A stretch of 64,000 bases of DNA from Geobacter sp. (GTDB lineage: Bacteria > Desulfobacterota > Desulfuromonadia > Geobacterales > Geobacteraceae), in the NCBI GenBank assembly GCA_003314535.1, contig POSG01000012.1:5825-69824 (forward strand). Reading direction: 5' to 3'. Positions 48,451 to 60,320 of the stretch are shown piece by piece. The position numbers and the translations under genes are program-made. Each line of letters starts with the position of its first letter. Position 1 is the first letter of the stretch. The notes under the pieces were generated by a model. That model was not told where the DNA came from. It did not search any database and worked only from the letters and a program-made list of their open reading frames with translations.

Positions 48451-49407
48451 ATGACCTTTTCAGGAAAGATCAGTTTCATTTTGTGGCTGCTCATCGTATC
48501 CTTCGCCGGCACTGCCCCGGCCATGACCGTGTACCTGAATGACGAATCCGAGATCGAGGCGCAATCGGCATGGAAAGATGGAGAAAAAGTCTATGTGCGC
48601 ATAAACCCGGAACTCTGCCTCGATTTCCCGGCTTCCGAGGTGAATACCCTAAAATCCGGGATCTCGGACAGACGGCAGCAGGGGACGACAAAAGTCGAAC
48701 AGGGAGCACGGGCACCCGAGCCGGTCCGGTCCCGTGATACCATGGACGAACTGATCGTGGCTTCCGGCCACCGGAGAGAATTCGAAGACCTCTTCGGACG
48801 AAGCGGTCGTGGCGAGATCGAGCAGCTTCTTGCAGACACCTTCAGCCCCTCCCTCGCGGAGAAGACATTCAAGAGATGCCTGGAACGAAGGCTCGGCAAC
48901 CGGGAAGCGGCCACGGCACTGGCATGGTACAGGTCTCCGGCCGGACGAAAGGTTGTAGAGGCAGAGTCGGTCTGGGATTTCAACCTGCAGGAAAACGCGT
49001 ACAATTACGTCAAGGTGGACTCTGCGCCCGGCTTCAAGGAGAGGATGAACCTGACATCCCAGATAGTGAAGGTCACAGGCGCTTCGGAAATTGCGACGAG
49101 ACTCACCCAGAACATGCTGAAAAAAATGATGAGCTCGATTCCGCCTGATTATCCGCATGCACAGGAAATCAAGGCGCGGATCCAGGAAGAAATCCCTTCC
49201 CTGGAGATAAACCGCAAGATAAATGTTCAAATCACGGCATATACCTACCGCGGCCTTTCGACGCAAGAACTCCGCAATTATCTCAATTTCCTCCATTCCG
49301 CGGCGGGAAGTAAGTACATGGCCGCCGTCCGGGCGGCTACCGAAGAAATCTTCAGGAAAGTTGCGCTGAATATCGAGAAAGATTTCCGCCGGTATGTGCG
49401 CTCGTGA
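48451..49407 (+). CDS. Hypothetical secreted protein
   Basis: Signal peptide (FILWLLIVSFAGTAPA). GGGAGA lies upstream of the ATG at 48451. No catalytic motif. Confidence 0.55.
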   Translation: MTFSGKISFILWLLIVSFAGTAPAMTVYLNDESEIEAQSAWKDGEKVYVRINPELCLDFPASEVNTLKSGISDRRQQGTTKVEQGARAPEPVRSRDTMDELIVASGHRREFEDLFGRSGRGEIEQLLADTFSPSLAEKTFKRCLERRLGNREAATALAWYRSPAGRKVVEAESVWDFNLQENAYNYVKVDSAPGFKERMNLTSQIVKVTGASEIATRLTQNMLKKMMSSIPPDYPHAQEIKARIQEEIPSLEINRKINVQITAYTYRGLSTQELRNYLNFLHSAAGSKYMAAVRAATEEIFRKVALNIEKDFRRYVRS

Positions 49408-49423
49408 CAAGGGAGCAATAACC

Positions 49424-50107
49424 ATGGAAATCCCGGATATTTACGGAAAATTCGACCGGATCGGCTGTCTCACCTTCGCCACCGTTGACAACGGCATCCC
49501 CCAGACCCGCATCGCCCACCTGTTTGCCTTTGACCATGAGGGATTGTATTTTCGCACCATGATCACCAAGCCCTTCTACGAACAACTCAAAAAGACGGGG
49601 AAGGTATCAGTCTGCGGCATGTTTCCCGAAACATCCGTCAGCCACGACGAACAGGGGATGCCCCGTTTCAAGCCCGGCTACACCATCCGCGCGACCGGGG
49701 ATGTCAGGGAAATATCTTTCGGGGTACTCAAGGAAAAGGCTGCTTCCAATGAAATGTTCATGCTGGGCGTAAAGGACACCGAGAAGTATCCTGCCATGAC
49801 AACATTCTGCCTGTTTCGCGCCTGGGGGGAAGTGTATGACTTCGATTACGAGATGGAGCAGCGCCCCCATAAATTGCAGCGCACCGGCTTCTGCTTCGGC
49901 GACATGCGCATTCCGTTCAGGGGCGTCCGCATCACGGATGCATGCACTGGCTGCGGGAAATGCCTGGAGCGGTGCTCTTTCAAGGCAATTTACAAGGACG
50001 GTCAACGATACGTGATCGACCACGGCAGATGCGATGTCTGCGGCGACTGCTACAAGATCTGTCCGGTTGGAGCCGTGGAAATCGTTATCGAAGAAATACA
50101 GTCATAG
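49424..50107 (+). CDS. Pyridoxamine-5'-phosphate-oxidase-like FMN-binding domain fused to a 2x[4Fe-4S] ferredoxin domain
   Basis: The N-terminal split-barrel-like region matches by eye. The C-terminus carries CTGCGKCLERC and CDVCGDCYKICP. Confidence 0.6.
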   Translation: MEIPDIYGKFDRIGCLTFATVDNGIPQTRIAHLFAFDHEGLYFRTMITKPFYEQLKKTGKVSVCGMFPETSVSHDEQGMPRFKPGYTIRATGDVREISFGVLKEKAASNEMFMLGVKDTEKYPAMTTFCLFRAWGEVYDFDYEMEQRPHKLQRTGFCFGDMRIPFRGVRITDACTGCGKCLERCSFKAIYKDGQRYVIDHGRCDVCGDCYKICPVGAVEIVIEEIQS

Positions 50108-50178
50108 ACTCGTGTTCATCCGGAAACTCCAGATAAACAATTTGCAGGGGCGGAATACCATTCGCCCCCTTCACGGCC

Positions 50179-51057
50179 CTACTCCGCCGATGTAGCCTGG
50201 CTACGAAGGCCGAGGCTCGGGCTGTAGTGCCTCTTGAGCCAGCGGCTCAGGCCGTCCAGCCCCGGGAACAGCACCCGCTCGTTCACATTGGCCTGATCGA
50301 GCTTGTCGCGTATTTCCCATTTCAAGGGGGCGGGGATGACGATTTTCCTGGCCAGCTCGGGATGGTTCTTCAGCCAGTCGTCCAGGACCAGGCTTGAATC
50401 GGAAATTACCGAACAAAAAGCGAACTGGTTGACGATCCGGTCATCTATGGACGGAGGTTCGAAAAAAATGACCACCTTCTCACCCGACTGGGTATCCAGC
50501 GAATCGAGATCTTTCAAAGAATTTATCGCCTCGTTCATGAGATTAAGGGTCATGACGTTCGCGCCTTCTTCCTCGAGCCTGTCCCTCAGGAATTGTGGCA
50601 GCAACTCGTGCGCCTTCACGTAGTTGACCGCCCAGATCACGCCGTCCCGATCGAACTTCTCGATGTTCGCCGTCGCAAAATGCATTGCGATAAAAGGGGA
50701 ATAGGTCCAGTCAAGGATGCGGGTGGGCAAACCGAAATGCTGGGCCACGGAAAGCCAGTGCCATACCGAGTCGCGCTCCACGACGGCGCGATGGGCGTAT
50801 TTTCGGAAATTTCGCAGAAGATGGCGTTCCAGTTTGACAAAGTCGCCTCCGAGTCGGATCAGGCTTGTCTCGAGACGATATGAGGCATCCGAAAGTCCGC
50901 GGAAGGCAAAGCGGGATCGGAAACGCCCGATCTTCTCGTTCCATGAATCGGCGAACAGTTCGTGCTGCAGTTCGTCCCACGAATTTACCGTTATGATTTC
51001 CACTTTATGCACCCCTTTTCCCCGGGCAGCGAAATGGAGCCTCGGTTTGCGTGTCAT
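50179..51057 (-). CDS. FRG-domain protein
   Basis: The eponymous AFRGLSDASYRLETSL motif lies near the N-terminus. Single-gene unit. Confidence 0.6.
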   Translation of the reverse strand: MTRKPRLHFAARGKGVHKVEIITVNSWDELQHELFADSWNEKIGRFRSRFAFRGLSDASYRLETSLIRLGGDFVKLERHLLRNFRKYAHRAVVERDSVWHWLSVAQHFGLPTRILDWTYSPFIAMHFATANIEKFDRDGVIWAVNYVKAHELLPQFLRDRLEEEGANVMTLNLMNEAINSLKDLDSLDTQSGEKVVIFFEPPSIDDRIVNQFAFCSVISDSSLVLDDWLKNHPELARKIVIPAPLKWEIRDKLDQANVNERVLFPGLDGLSRWLKRHYSPSLGLRSQATSAE

Positions 51058-51330
51058 GCATGCAATTTAAAACCATTACCGTCCAATTTGCAAGATACCC
51101 GTGGAATGGGGATATCCATCCGCCAGAAGAGAGCGTCACCCTTCACTTCCTTGCCCCGCCGCAACCAGCCGGCAGCTTTAAAGCCTGCGTCATCGACACA
51201 GCAGCAACCTTGCAGCGCAGCACCAGGGATGCCACACGCAAATTGAAAAGCAGCATTCCTTATGGTAAGATAATAAACTTATATTTTCATATCTGCGGAA
51301 ATCCACCAACTGTTTGACGGAGCAACCACA

Positions 51331-52367
<1,037 letters not shown>

Positions 52368-52371
<4 letters not shown>

Positions 52372-55300
52372 CCGACCGCCCCGGTTTCGAGGCCGAGCTT
52401 CAGGAGTGCCTCACTCAGGGAGACACCGGGGAAAGCTGCAACCGATTGTCAGCCCTGCTGGAATCACTGGGCTTCCTCAACTGTTCCAGTTCTGTCGCCA
52501 ACCTGCGGCTGCTTGCCGAGTGCATCCCCGTCGAGTTCCTGGCGCCGATCGTCTTGGATTCCCTCCTTGCCCCTTCGCCGGGCCAGGCATTGAACGGGTT
52601 GGAGCGGATCAGCTCCTCGGTTCCCCGCGAGGAGCTTGCCAGCGTCTGCGCTCAACCGCTGCAACGGGCCCATCTCCTCACCATATGCGGCTCGTCCCCC
52701 TTTCTCGCCTCCATCATCTGCCGCTACCCCGAATACTTCCGGAGCCTCTTCCTGGGAAACCGGATAAACACCGCCGGGTCTTTTCACGAAAACCTCGCTG
52801 TCCTGCGTTCCGCGTGCGCCGGTGCAACCGACTTCACAGCCCTCCTTCCCATCCTGCGACGCTTCAAATACGGAGAGATACTCCGGATAGCGGCACGGGA
52901 CCTGGCAGGCCTTGCCTCGCTTGAAGACACCACCGGCGAACTCTCGGACCTGGCGTCCGCCTCCCTGGAAGCGGCCCGCGAGTCCTGCCTGCGCCTCCTG
53001 GTCAGGGAACACGGCAGGCCGCTCGTGCGGACCCCGTCGGGTGAGACGGAAGCTGATTTCCTGGTCCTGGGCATGGGCAAGCTGGGCGGGAGGGAACTGA
53101 ATTTCTCTTCCGACATCGATCTCGTTTTCTTTTACTCATCAGACGAAGGGGAAACAGAAGGCGTAACCCTTCCGGACGGCATGATCCGCGGCAGGATGTC
53201 TCTGCACTCTTTTTTCGCCAAGCTGGCGGAAATGGTCACCAAGGCCCTTTCCCAGGTAACGGAGGACGGTTTCGTCTTCAGGGTGGACCTGGGGCTGCGG
53301 CCCGAGGGGAAAAGCGGCGACCTGGCACTGTCGCTCAGGTCGGCGGAAGTCTACTACGAAGCCTGGGGCCAGTCCTGGGAACGCTCGGCCATGCTGAAGG
53401 CCTGGCCCGTGGCCGGCTCCCCGGAACTGGGGGAACGCTTCCTGCGCATGATCGAGCCGTTTGTCTACCGCAAATACCTGGACTATACCCTGGTGGAAGA
53501 CATGATGGCCATGAAGAAGAAGATCGACCTCTCCCTGGCCAGGGAGAAGGGGGGCGAAACCAACATCAAGCTGGGCCGCGGCGGCATCCGGGAAATCGAA
53601 TTCTTCATCCAGGCGCTGCAGCTGGTATTTGCCGGGAAAAACCCCGCCCTCAGGGTGAGGAACTCGCTCCAGGCTCTGGAGGCGCTTTGCGACTCCCACA
53701 TCATCAGCAGCGAAGACTGCGACACCCTCAGTTATGCATACCGCTTTCTACGCATGGTGGAGCACCGCATACAGGTGGTCCAGGAACGCCAGACCCACAG
53801 CCTCCCGACAAGCGAAGAGGAAATCCTCGTCCTGGCACGCCGCTGCGGATACCTTGAAGCCGACGGGCCGCGGAAATTCCTCGAAACTCTCGAGTTCCAC
53901 CGGTCGAAAGTGTCCGCAATCTACGGCGGACTGTTCCTCTCCCGGGACAAGAGGCTGAAGGAGGATGTCAGCCCCGAAACCTACTTCTTCTTCGATTCGG
54001 GCGTGGACCCGGACCTGGTCAAGGACATGCTGGCGGAACGCCGCTTCGAAGATGTGGATGCTGCCTATGAGAATCTCGGCATCCTCAGGGACGGCACGCC
54101 CCGCATCAGGCTTTCCCAGAAGGGTCAGCGCCTGCGCGAAGCAATAGTCCCCCTCATGTTCCAGGAAATCATCTCCTCACCCGACCCGGACATGGCACTG
54201 GCAAACAGCGAGAGCTTTCTCCATTCCGTGGGCCAACGGGCCAGCTTCTACGCCCTGCTTGCAGAAAACCACGAAATCCTGAAGCTTTTGGTGTCACTGT
54301 TCGGCATGAGCAGGTTTCTCTCCAAGATATTCATCCACACTCCGGAACTGCTGGACAACATGGTGTCCCGTTCTTTGCCCGCCCTGAAGGAACTTTCCGA
54401 TGCCAAAGGCGAGCTGGAATCGCTTCTTGCGAACGCGGAAGACTTCGAAGAAAGCCTTGACATCCTGCGCAGGTACCGGAACGAAGAATTCGTACGTATC
54501 GGGATGCAGGACATCTTCGGAGAGATCAACCAGGCAGAGATAGCCGGGCAGCTGTCCAACCTGGCCGAGACCTGCCTTGATGCCGCCTGCGGGCTGGCGG
54601 CGAGGGAGCTCTCCCGGTTCGGCACACCGACCTGGATCGATGCCGGGGGGATCGAACGGCCGGCGAGCCTGGCCGTTCTGGGCATGGGCAAGCTGGGCGG
54701 AAGGGAACTGAACTACCATTCCGACCTGGACATAATCTATGTCTACGATTTCCAGGGAATGACCAATGGCGAGAAAAAAATATCAAATCACGAATACTTC
54801 GCCAAGCTGGGGCAGAAGATCATCTCGATCCTCTCCACCCCCACCCGCGAAGGTTATGTCTACAAGATCGACACCCGGCTGCGCCCCTCGGGCAACGCAG
54901 GCCCGCTGGTCACCTCGCTGGAGTCCTTCCGCAGTTATCACAGGAACGAGGCCCTGATATGGGAACGGCAGGCCCTGACCAAGGCAAGGGTGGTCCTGGG
55001 GGAAAGCCCCTTGAAGGATGACATCGAAGGGATCATAAGGGAAACGGTTTATGGACGCAGTGCCGGCGAAGATGTGCGCAGCGAGATTCATCGCCTGCGG
55101 ATGCGGATGGAGACCGAGCTGGCCCGTGAGACCCTGGGAAGCTACAATATCAAGACCGGCCGCGGCGGCATGGTGGACGTGGAGTTCGTTGTCCAATACC
55201 TGCAGCTGAAGCACGGGATGGACTGTCCGGACATACGTGGTTTCTCCACCCTCGAAGCCCTGGAGGCCATACACTGCCACTCGCTGGTCACCGACGGCGA

Positions 55301-55547
55301 TTTCGCTTCCCTCCATGACGGTTACGTCTTCCTGCGCCACCTGGAAAACCGGCTGCGGATCATCCATGACTATTCAATGAACGACCTGGGCGGCTCCAGG
55401 GCATACCTGAACAAACTTGCCCGCCGGCTGGGCTACGACGAACGGCTGCGCAACCCCGGCGAAGCGCTGATATCGGATTACGAGCGGATCACATCGTCCA
55501 TCCGGGAGGTGTATGACCGGATTCTGGGAACGGAAAAACCTGTCTGA
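52368..55547 (+). CDS. glnE: Bifunctional glutamine synthetase adenylyltransferase/adenylyl-removing enzyme
   Basis: Two nucleotidyltransferase cores, [18 protein letters not shown] and [22 protein letters not shown] overlap with mtnA. Confidence 0.9.
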
Positions 55548-55594
55548 ATCCTGCTCGACGCCTTCCCAGTTTTTGATAACAAGGAGTTCATACA

Positions 55595-57607
55595 ATGGAA
55601 AACCGAATCGACCAACTGTGCATCAATACCATCCGCACCCTGGCAATGGATGCCGTGCAAAAAGCAAACTCGGGCCATCCGGGCGCTCCGATGGGACTTG
55701 CTTCCATCGGCTACATCCTGTGGACCCGTTTCCTGCGCCACAACCCGGCCAATCCCCGTTGGTTCGACCGGGACCGGTTCATCCTCTCCAACGGTCACGC
55801 CTCCATGCTCCAGTATGCACTGCTCCATCTCACGGGCTATGACCTGTCACTGGACGATCTGAAAAATTTCCGCCAGTGGGGAAGCAAGACCCCAGGCCAT
55901 CCCGAATACGGCCACACCCCTGGCGTGGAAACCACCACCGGCCCGCTGGGACAGGGATTCATGAACGGCGTGGGCATGGCCATGGCGGAAGCCCACCTGG
56001 CGGCAGTCTTCAATCGCAAAGGCCACGAAATCGTCGACCACCATACCTACGTCTTCTGCGGAGACGGCGACCTGATGGAAGGAGCGTCCCACGAGGCGGC
56101 CTCCCTGGCCGGACACCTGGGTCTGGGCAAGCTCATTTGCATTTTCGACGACAACCGCATCACCATCGAAGGAAGCACCTCCCTGTCCTGCTCCGATGAC
56201 GCGGCCCGGCGTTTCCAGGCCTACGGCTGGCACGTGCAGGACCTGGGGGACGCGGCGGAAGACCTGGAAGCCCTTTCAAGGGCCTTGGATGCTGCCAGCG
56301 AGGAGCGGGAACGCCCTTCCCTCATCATCGTCCGCTCACATATCGGCTTCGGCTCCCCCCACCGCCAGGACACCTCCTCTGCCCACGGCGAGCCCCTCGG
56401 GGAAGAGGAGATCCGCCTGACCAAACGGTTTTACGGCTGGCCCGAGGAAGAGGAGTTCCTCGTACCGCCCGAAGTGTCGGCGCACATGGGCCACACCATG
56501 GAAAAGGGTAAAGAGCTGGAGATGGATTGGGACCGGCGCTTCCAGGCATACCGCCTGGCCAATCCCGATCTGGCGGACCGCTTGCTGGCCGCGCTCGATG
56601 GCAAGCTTCCCGACGGCTGGGATGGCGATGTCCCCGAGTTCTCCCCGGAGAAGGCCGTCGCGACCCGCGCCGCGGCAGGCACGGTGCTCAACGCCCTGGC
56701 CGGGAAGATCACCTGGCTGGCTGGAGGAAGCGCCGATCTCTCCCCTTCCACCAAGACCCTCATATCCGGCAGCGGCTATTTCTCCGGGGATGATCGCAGC
56801 GGGAGAAACTTTGCCTGGGGCATACGGGAACACGCCATGTGCGCCTGCGCCTCGGGCATGGCCCTCCATGGCGGAATTCGTCCTTTTGCCGCCACGTTTT
56901 TCGTTTTCACCGACTATGCCCGGCCGTCGATCCGCCTTGCCGCCCTCATGGGGTTGCCAGTGATCTACATCATGACCCACGACTCCATCGGCGTGGGAGA
57001 GGACGGCCCCACCCACCAGCCCGTCGAGCACCTTGCGTCCCTGCGCGCCATGCCCAACCTGTGCGTCATCCGCCCGGCGGACGCCAACGAGACGGCCTTT
57101 GCCTGGCGCGCCGCTCTGGAGCGCACTACAGGCCCCACCATGCTGGTCCTCACCCGCCAGAACCTGCCGGTCTTCGACCGTTCCTTGGCCGCCCATGCCG
57201 ATGGAGTGCTTAAAGGCGGCTACATCCTCTCGCGGGAAAAGGGCCCCAAAACCGACGTGATCCTCATGGCCACCGGCTCCGAGGTGCAGCTTGCCATGTC
57301 GGCGCAGAACGCGCTCGCGGCCGGTAATATCGCCGCGCGGGTGGTGAGCATGCCCAGCTGGGAGCTGTTCCGGGATCAGCCGCCTGAGTACCGTGACCAG
57401 GTTCTCCCCCCGGACGTCACGGCGCGGCTCGCAATAGAAGCGGGCGCATCAATGGGCTGGCGCGAATGGGTGGGCGACCGGGGTGCGGTCATCGCCCTCG
57501 ACCGGTTCGGCGCCAGCGCCCCGGCAGGGGAGCTGTTCAGGCAGTTCGGCTTTACGGTGGAGAACGTGGTGACCACGGCGCGGGAGCTGGTGAGAACAGC
57601 GGGGTAA
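55595..57607 (+). CDS. tkt: Transketolase
   Basis: [17 protein letters not shown] and [16 protein letters not shown] motifs. Confidence 0.93.
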   Translation: MENRIDQLCINTIRTLAMDAVQKANSGHPGAPMGLASIGYILWTRFLRHNPANPRWFDRDRFILSNGHASMLQYALLHLTGYDLSLDDLKNFRQWGSKTPGHPEYGHTPGVETTTGPLGQGFMNGVGMAMAEAHLAAVFNRKGHEIVDHHTYVFCGDGDLMEGASHEAASLAGHLGLGKLICIFDDNRITIEGSTSLSCSDDAARRFQAYGWHVQDLGDAAEDLEALSRALDAASEERERPSLIIVRSHIGFGSPHRQDTSSAHGEPLGEEEIRLTKRFYGWPEEEEFLVPPEVSAHMGHTMEKGKELEMDWDRRFQAYRLANPDLADRLLAALDGKLPDGWDGDVPEFSPEKAVATRAAAGTVLNALAGKITWLAGGSADLSPSTKTLISGSGYFSGDDRSGRNFAWGIREHAMCACASGMALHGGIRPFAATFFVFTDYARPSIRLAALMGLPVIYIMTHDSIGVGEDGPTHQPVEHLASLRAMPNLCVIRPADANETAFAWRAALERTTGPTMLVLTRQNLPVFDRSLAAHADGVLKGGYILSREKGPKTDVILMATGSEVQLAMSAQNALAAGNIAARVVSMPSWELFRDQPPEYRDQVLPPDVTARLAIEAGASMGWREWVGDRGAVIALDRFGASAPAGELFRQFGFTVENVVTTARELVRTAG

Positions 57608-57643
57608 CGTGCTTTCGGTCGTAGGGGCGATCCTTGCTCTTGC

Positions 57644-57663
57644 GCGCCGAAGCGCTTCAGCGC
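57644..57663. repeat. REP-like palindromic unit (copy 2, inverted relative to 45289-45308)
   Basis: GCGCCGAAGCGCTTCAGCGC is the exact reverse complement of copy 1. A flanking hairpin lies at 57691-57711. Confidence 0.55.
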
Positions 57664-57726
57664 ACAGGTGTGTGAGTGCCCCATTCCGAAGGGCAAACAC
57701 AAGGTTTGCCCCTCCAGGAAAAAACC

Positions 57727-58299
57727 ATGACCCTCCAAAAATACCACGAAAAGCGCGACTTCTCCCGCACGCCGGAACCGGCGGGAAAGCGAGAACCGGC
57801 TTCGGAATGCTCTGAGGGAGCAAGCCGGTTCTTGATCCAGAAGCACCATGCCCGCACCCTCCACTACGACCTCCGCCTGGAAGATGATGGTGTCCTGAAG
57901 AGCTGGGCGGTTCCCAAGGGGCCGAGCCTTGACCCGGCCGAGAAGCGGCTCGCCGTCGAGGTGGAGGACCATCCGCTGGAGTACGGCGATTTCGAGGGGA
58001 GCATCCCGGAAGGTGAGTATGGCGCAGGGAAAGTCATCGTCTGGGACCGGGGCACCTTCGAGCCGGCCGGCGAAGGGGAAACCTTCGGAGAAATGCTCGG
58101 CAGTGGGGCAGCCAAGATCAGGCTTAGCGGACAAAAGCTCCGGGGAGGATATGCCCTGGTCCGGACCCGCTGGGGCGGCAAGGCGACCAACTGGCTGCTC
58201 ATCAAGGAAAAGGACGGGCATGCCCGGCCCGGGTACGATGTGACTGCCGAAGAGCCCTTGTCCGTGCTCTCGGGGCGGGATGTGGACGAAGTAGAGTAG
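57727..58299 (+). CDS. Stand-alone LigD-type 3'-phosphoesterase (PE) domain protein
   Basis: The stretch YHEKRDFSRTPEP...FLIQKHHARTLHYDLRLE...KSWAVPKGPS...VEDHPLEYGDFEGSIPEGEYGAG matches the LigD PE domain. No ligase, polymerase or Ku gene is adjacent. Confidence 0.8.
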   Translation: MTLQKYHEKRDFSRTPEPAGKREPASECSEGASRFLIQKHHARTLHYDLRLEDDGVLKSWAVPKGPSLDPAEKRLAVEVEDHPLEYGDFEGSIPEGEYGAGKVIVWDRGTFEPAGEGETFGEMLGSGAAKIRLSGQKLRGGYALVRTRWGGKATNWLLIKEKDGHARPGYDVTAEEPLSVLSGRDVDEVE

Positions 58300-58330
58300 G
58301 AGTGTTACGTTTTACCCTGGCAGGGAAACT

Positions 58331-59527
58331 ATGAACAGCTTCCATTCCAATATCGCCAAACTCTACGCCTTCGCTTTCCTGCAGCGGACACTGTTCCCCA
58401 TGGCGATCATTACCCTGTTCTGGAAGGACCATATCGGCCTGAGCCTGTCCCAGATCATGCTTCTCCAGAGCATATTTTCCGCCGCCTCGGTCCTCCTGGA
58501 ATACCCGTCAGGTTACATAAGCGACCGCCTCGGTTACCGGACCGCCCTCACCATCGCCACCGTTCTCGGCACTGTCGGTTGGGGATTCTATACCATGGCC
58601 GACTCCTTCGCCGACGTGCTGGTTGCCGAGATACTCCTGGGAATTTCCCTCTCCTTCATCAGCGGCTCTGACAGCGCCCTCCTCTTTGAGACACTGAAGG
58701 AGGAAAAGGCGGAAGGTATCTATGCCCGCCTCGAAGGGCGCATGAACGGCTTCTCCCAGACCGGCGAAGCCTTGGGCGCCCTGTTCGCCGGCCTCATGTA
58801 CGCAGCCGCGCCCCTCTTGCCTTTTTTCCTCCAGGTAGGCGTGTGGGCACTGGCGTTTTCCGTGGTCCGCACCATGAAGGAGCCTCCCCGGGATACCTCC
58901 ATCCAGGCCCGTTCCCACCTGGCGGAAGCCCTCAAGGTCACCCGCTACGCCTTCCTGGAAAACCGCCGTCTCCGGGCCATCATTCTGCTCAACACCGTCC
59001 TGGGCATCGCCTCATTCTATCCGGTCTGGCTGATCCAGCCCTACATGCAGCAGCATGCCGTGCCGCTGGGCTGGTTCGGCCCTGCCTGGACCGGGGCCAA
59101 CCTGACCGTGGCGCTCTTCGCCCTGGCCAGCCACCGGGCCCACGTGACCATGGGAGACCGGAACAGCATCCTCCTCTTCTGCGCCATGATCCTGGCCGGC
59201 TATTTCGGCCTCGGGCTCATAGGCGGGACCTTCGGCTTCCTGTTCTACTACATCCTCACCGCCATGCGCGGGCTGCGCGGCCCCATATTCCTCTATTACA
59301 CCCAGGTCGAAACCCCCTCCGCCAACCGGGCCAGCATACTCTCCCTCCAGTCGCTCGCGTTCCGCCTCATGTTCATCGCAACCGGCCCCCTGGTGGGCAA
59401 ACTGGCCGACAAGGTGGGCGTGCAGGAAGCGTTTCACTACCTGCTCTACGCGTTTATGATCACCCTGCCGCCGCTTGTCTGGCTTTTCTTCAGGAATAAC
59501 CAGCGCGGCATTGAAGCTGACGCCTGA
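58331..59527 (+). CDS. MFS transporter
   Basis: About 12 predicted TM segments. GYISDRLGYR is an MFS loop motif. Confidence 0.75.
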   Translation: MNSFHSNIAKLYAFAFLQRTLFPMAIITLFWKDHIGLSLSQIMLLQSIFSAASVLLEYPSGYISDRLGYRTALTIATVLGTVGWGFYTMADSFADVLVAEILLGISLSFISGSDSALLFETLKEEKAEGIYARLEGRMNGFSQTGEALGALFAGLMYAAAPLLPFFLQVGVWALAFSVVRTMKEPPRDTSIQARSHLAEALKVTRYAFLENRRLRAIILLNTVLGIASFYPVWLIQPYMQQHAVPLGWFGPAWTGANLTVALFALASHRAHVTMGDRNSILLFCAMILAGYFGLGLIGGTFGFLFYYILTAMRGLRGPIFLYYTQVETPSANRASILSLQSLAFRLMFIATGPLVGKLADKVGVQEAFHYLLYAFMITLPPLVWLFFRNNQRGIEADA

Positions 59528-59601
59528 GCATCCGCTTTCCGTCTCATCACGGGAACAGAAACGTGCGACAGCATAACTTTCCCGGGATCAGAAGGAATCA
59601 C

Positions 59602-59768
59602 ATTAGAAACATTGACAGGCATCTTTACAATACGGTAATAAAACCTGACTCATGGTGATTCATGAACAGGTATTCCGGAGGGATGCGGTGATGTGCGCCA
59701 CGGTAGTATTCGGTTTCAAATAGGGCCGCTTTGTCAGCAATTGGCTGATTGAGCGGCCCTTCTTTGTG
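59602..59768 (+). ncRNA. Candidate small transcription unit, copy 2 (paralog of 48114-48281); sRNA or 23-aa micro-ORF
   Basis: Same promoter-like block (TTGACA 59612, TACAAT 59626) and a conserved 5' transcript. The 9-bp-plus terminator stem AGGGCCGCT/AGCGGCCCT is followed by TCTTTGT. Confidence 0.45.
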
Positions 59769-59797
59769 GGCACGGGACCGCCTTGCAAGAGGTTTCC

Positions 59798-60151
59798 ATG
59801 TTCAAGGATATGAAGGCATATGCCCACCTGAAACCCGGGCAGAAAGGGACTCTCAGGTTGGTCGAAAAGTACGGCGATTCGCTTCTTTGCGTACGATACC
59901 GTTACGATGCCAGGCGCAGGATGCGGCTGAAAACGGTGGAAATTATCGTTGAGGAAAAGGCGGGCAGCCATCGTTTCCCCTTCCGGAATGACGATATTGT
60001 TTCCGTGATGGTCCCTTATGCCGAAAAAAACCTGCGTGATCAGCTCAAAGTTGCGGGAGGCAGGTGGGACCCTGGCGCAAAGATATGGAGGGTGCGTTAC
60101 GGCTCGATTCGCACTATGGCGGAAGTGGTTGAAAGAATCGTACGGGAATGA
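59798..60151 (+). CDS. Small protein with a DUF5710-like C-terminus (mobile-element associated)
   Basis: C-terminal LKVAGGRWDPGAKIWRV resembles the A-x-G-A-x-W-D-x-x-x-K-x-W motif of DUF5710 domains from plasmid or phage primase/topoisomerase proteins. Recalled from memory, not searched. Confidence 0.45.
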   Translation: MFKDMKAYAHLKPGQKGTLRLVEKYGDSLLCVRYRYDARRRMRLKTVEIIVEEKAGSHRFPFRNDDIVSVMVPYAEKNLRDQLKVAGGRWDPGAKIWRVRYGSIRTMAEVVERIVRE

Positions 60152-60169
60152 GAGTGATGAGGCAGGAAG

Positions 60170-60283
60170 AGTTACTTATATAGGTGACTTGGGAAGCGAG
60201 AGGAAGTTACCTATATGTGAAACGTTGAAGTTCCTTATATAGGTAATAACTTACCTATATAAGTAGCAAATTACTTATATACG
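60170..60283 (+). repeat. Five direct iteron-like repeats, consensus (A)GTTAC(C/T)TATATA(G/A)G
   Basis: Copies at 60170-60184, 60205-60219, 60229-60243, 60249-60263 and 60269-60283. Start-to-start spacing is 35, 24, 20 and 20 nt. Each has a palindromic TATATA-centred core. Confidence 0.75.
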
Positions 60284-60320
60284 GAAACCTACTAACAATT
60301 TGTTATGCGAGGAAATGAGT

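Noticed and set aside
60170-60283. The repeat cluster as a CRISPR array.
   Set aside because: The repeats are only ~15 nt, are degenerate, and are spaced 5-20 nt apart with no spacer-sized unique segments. No cas genes are present. Iteron or operator sites fit better.
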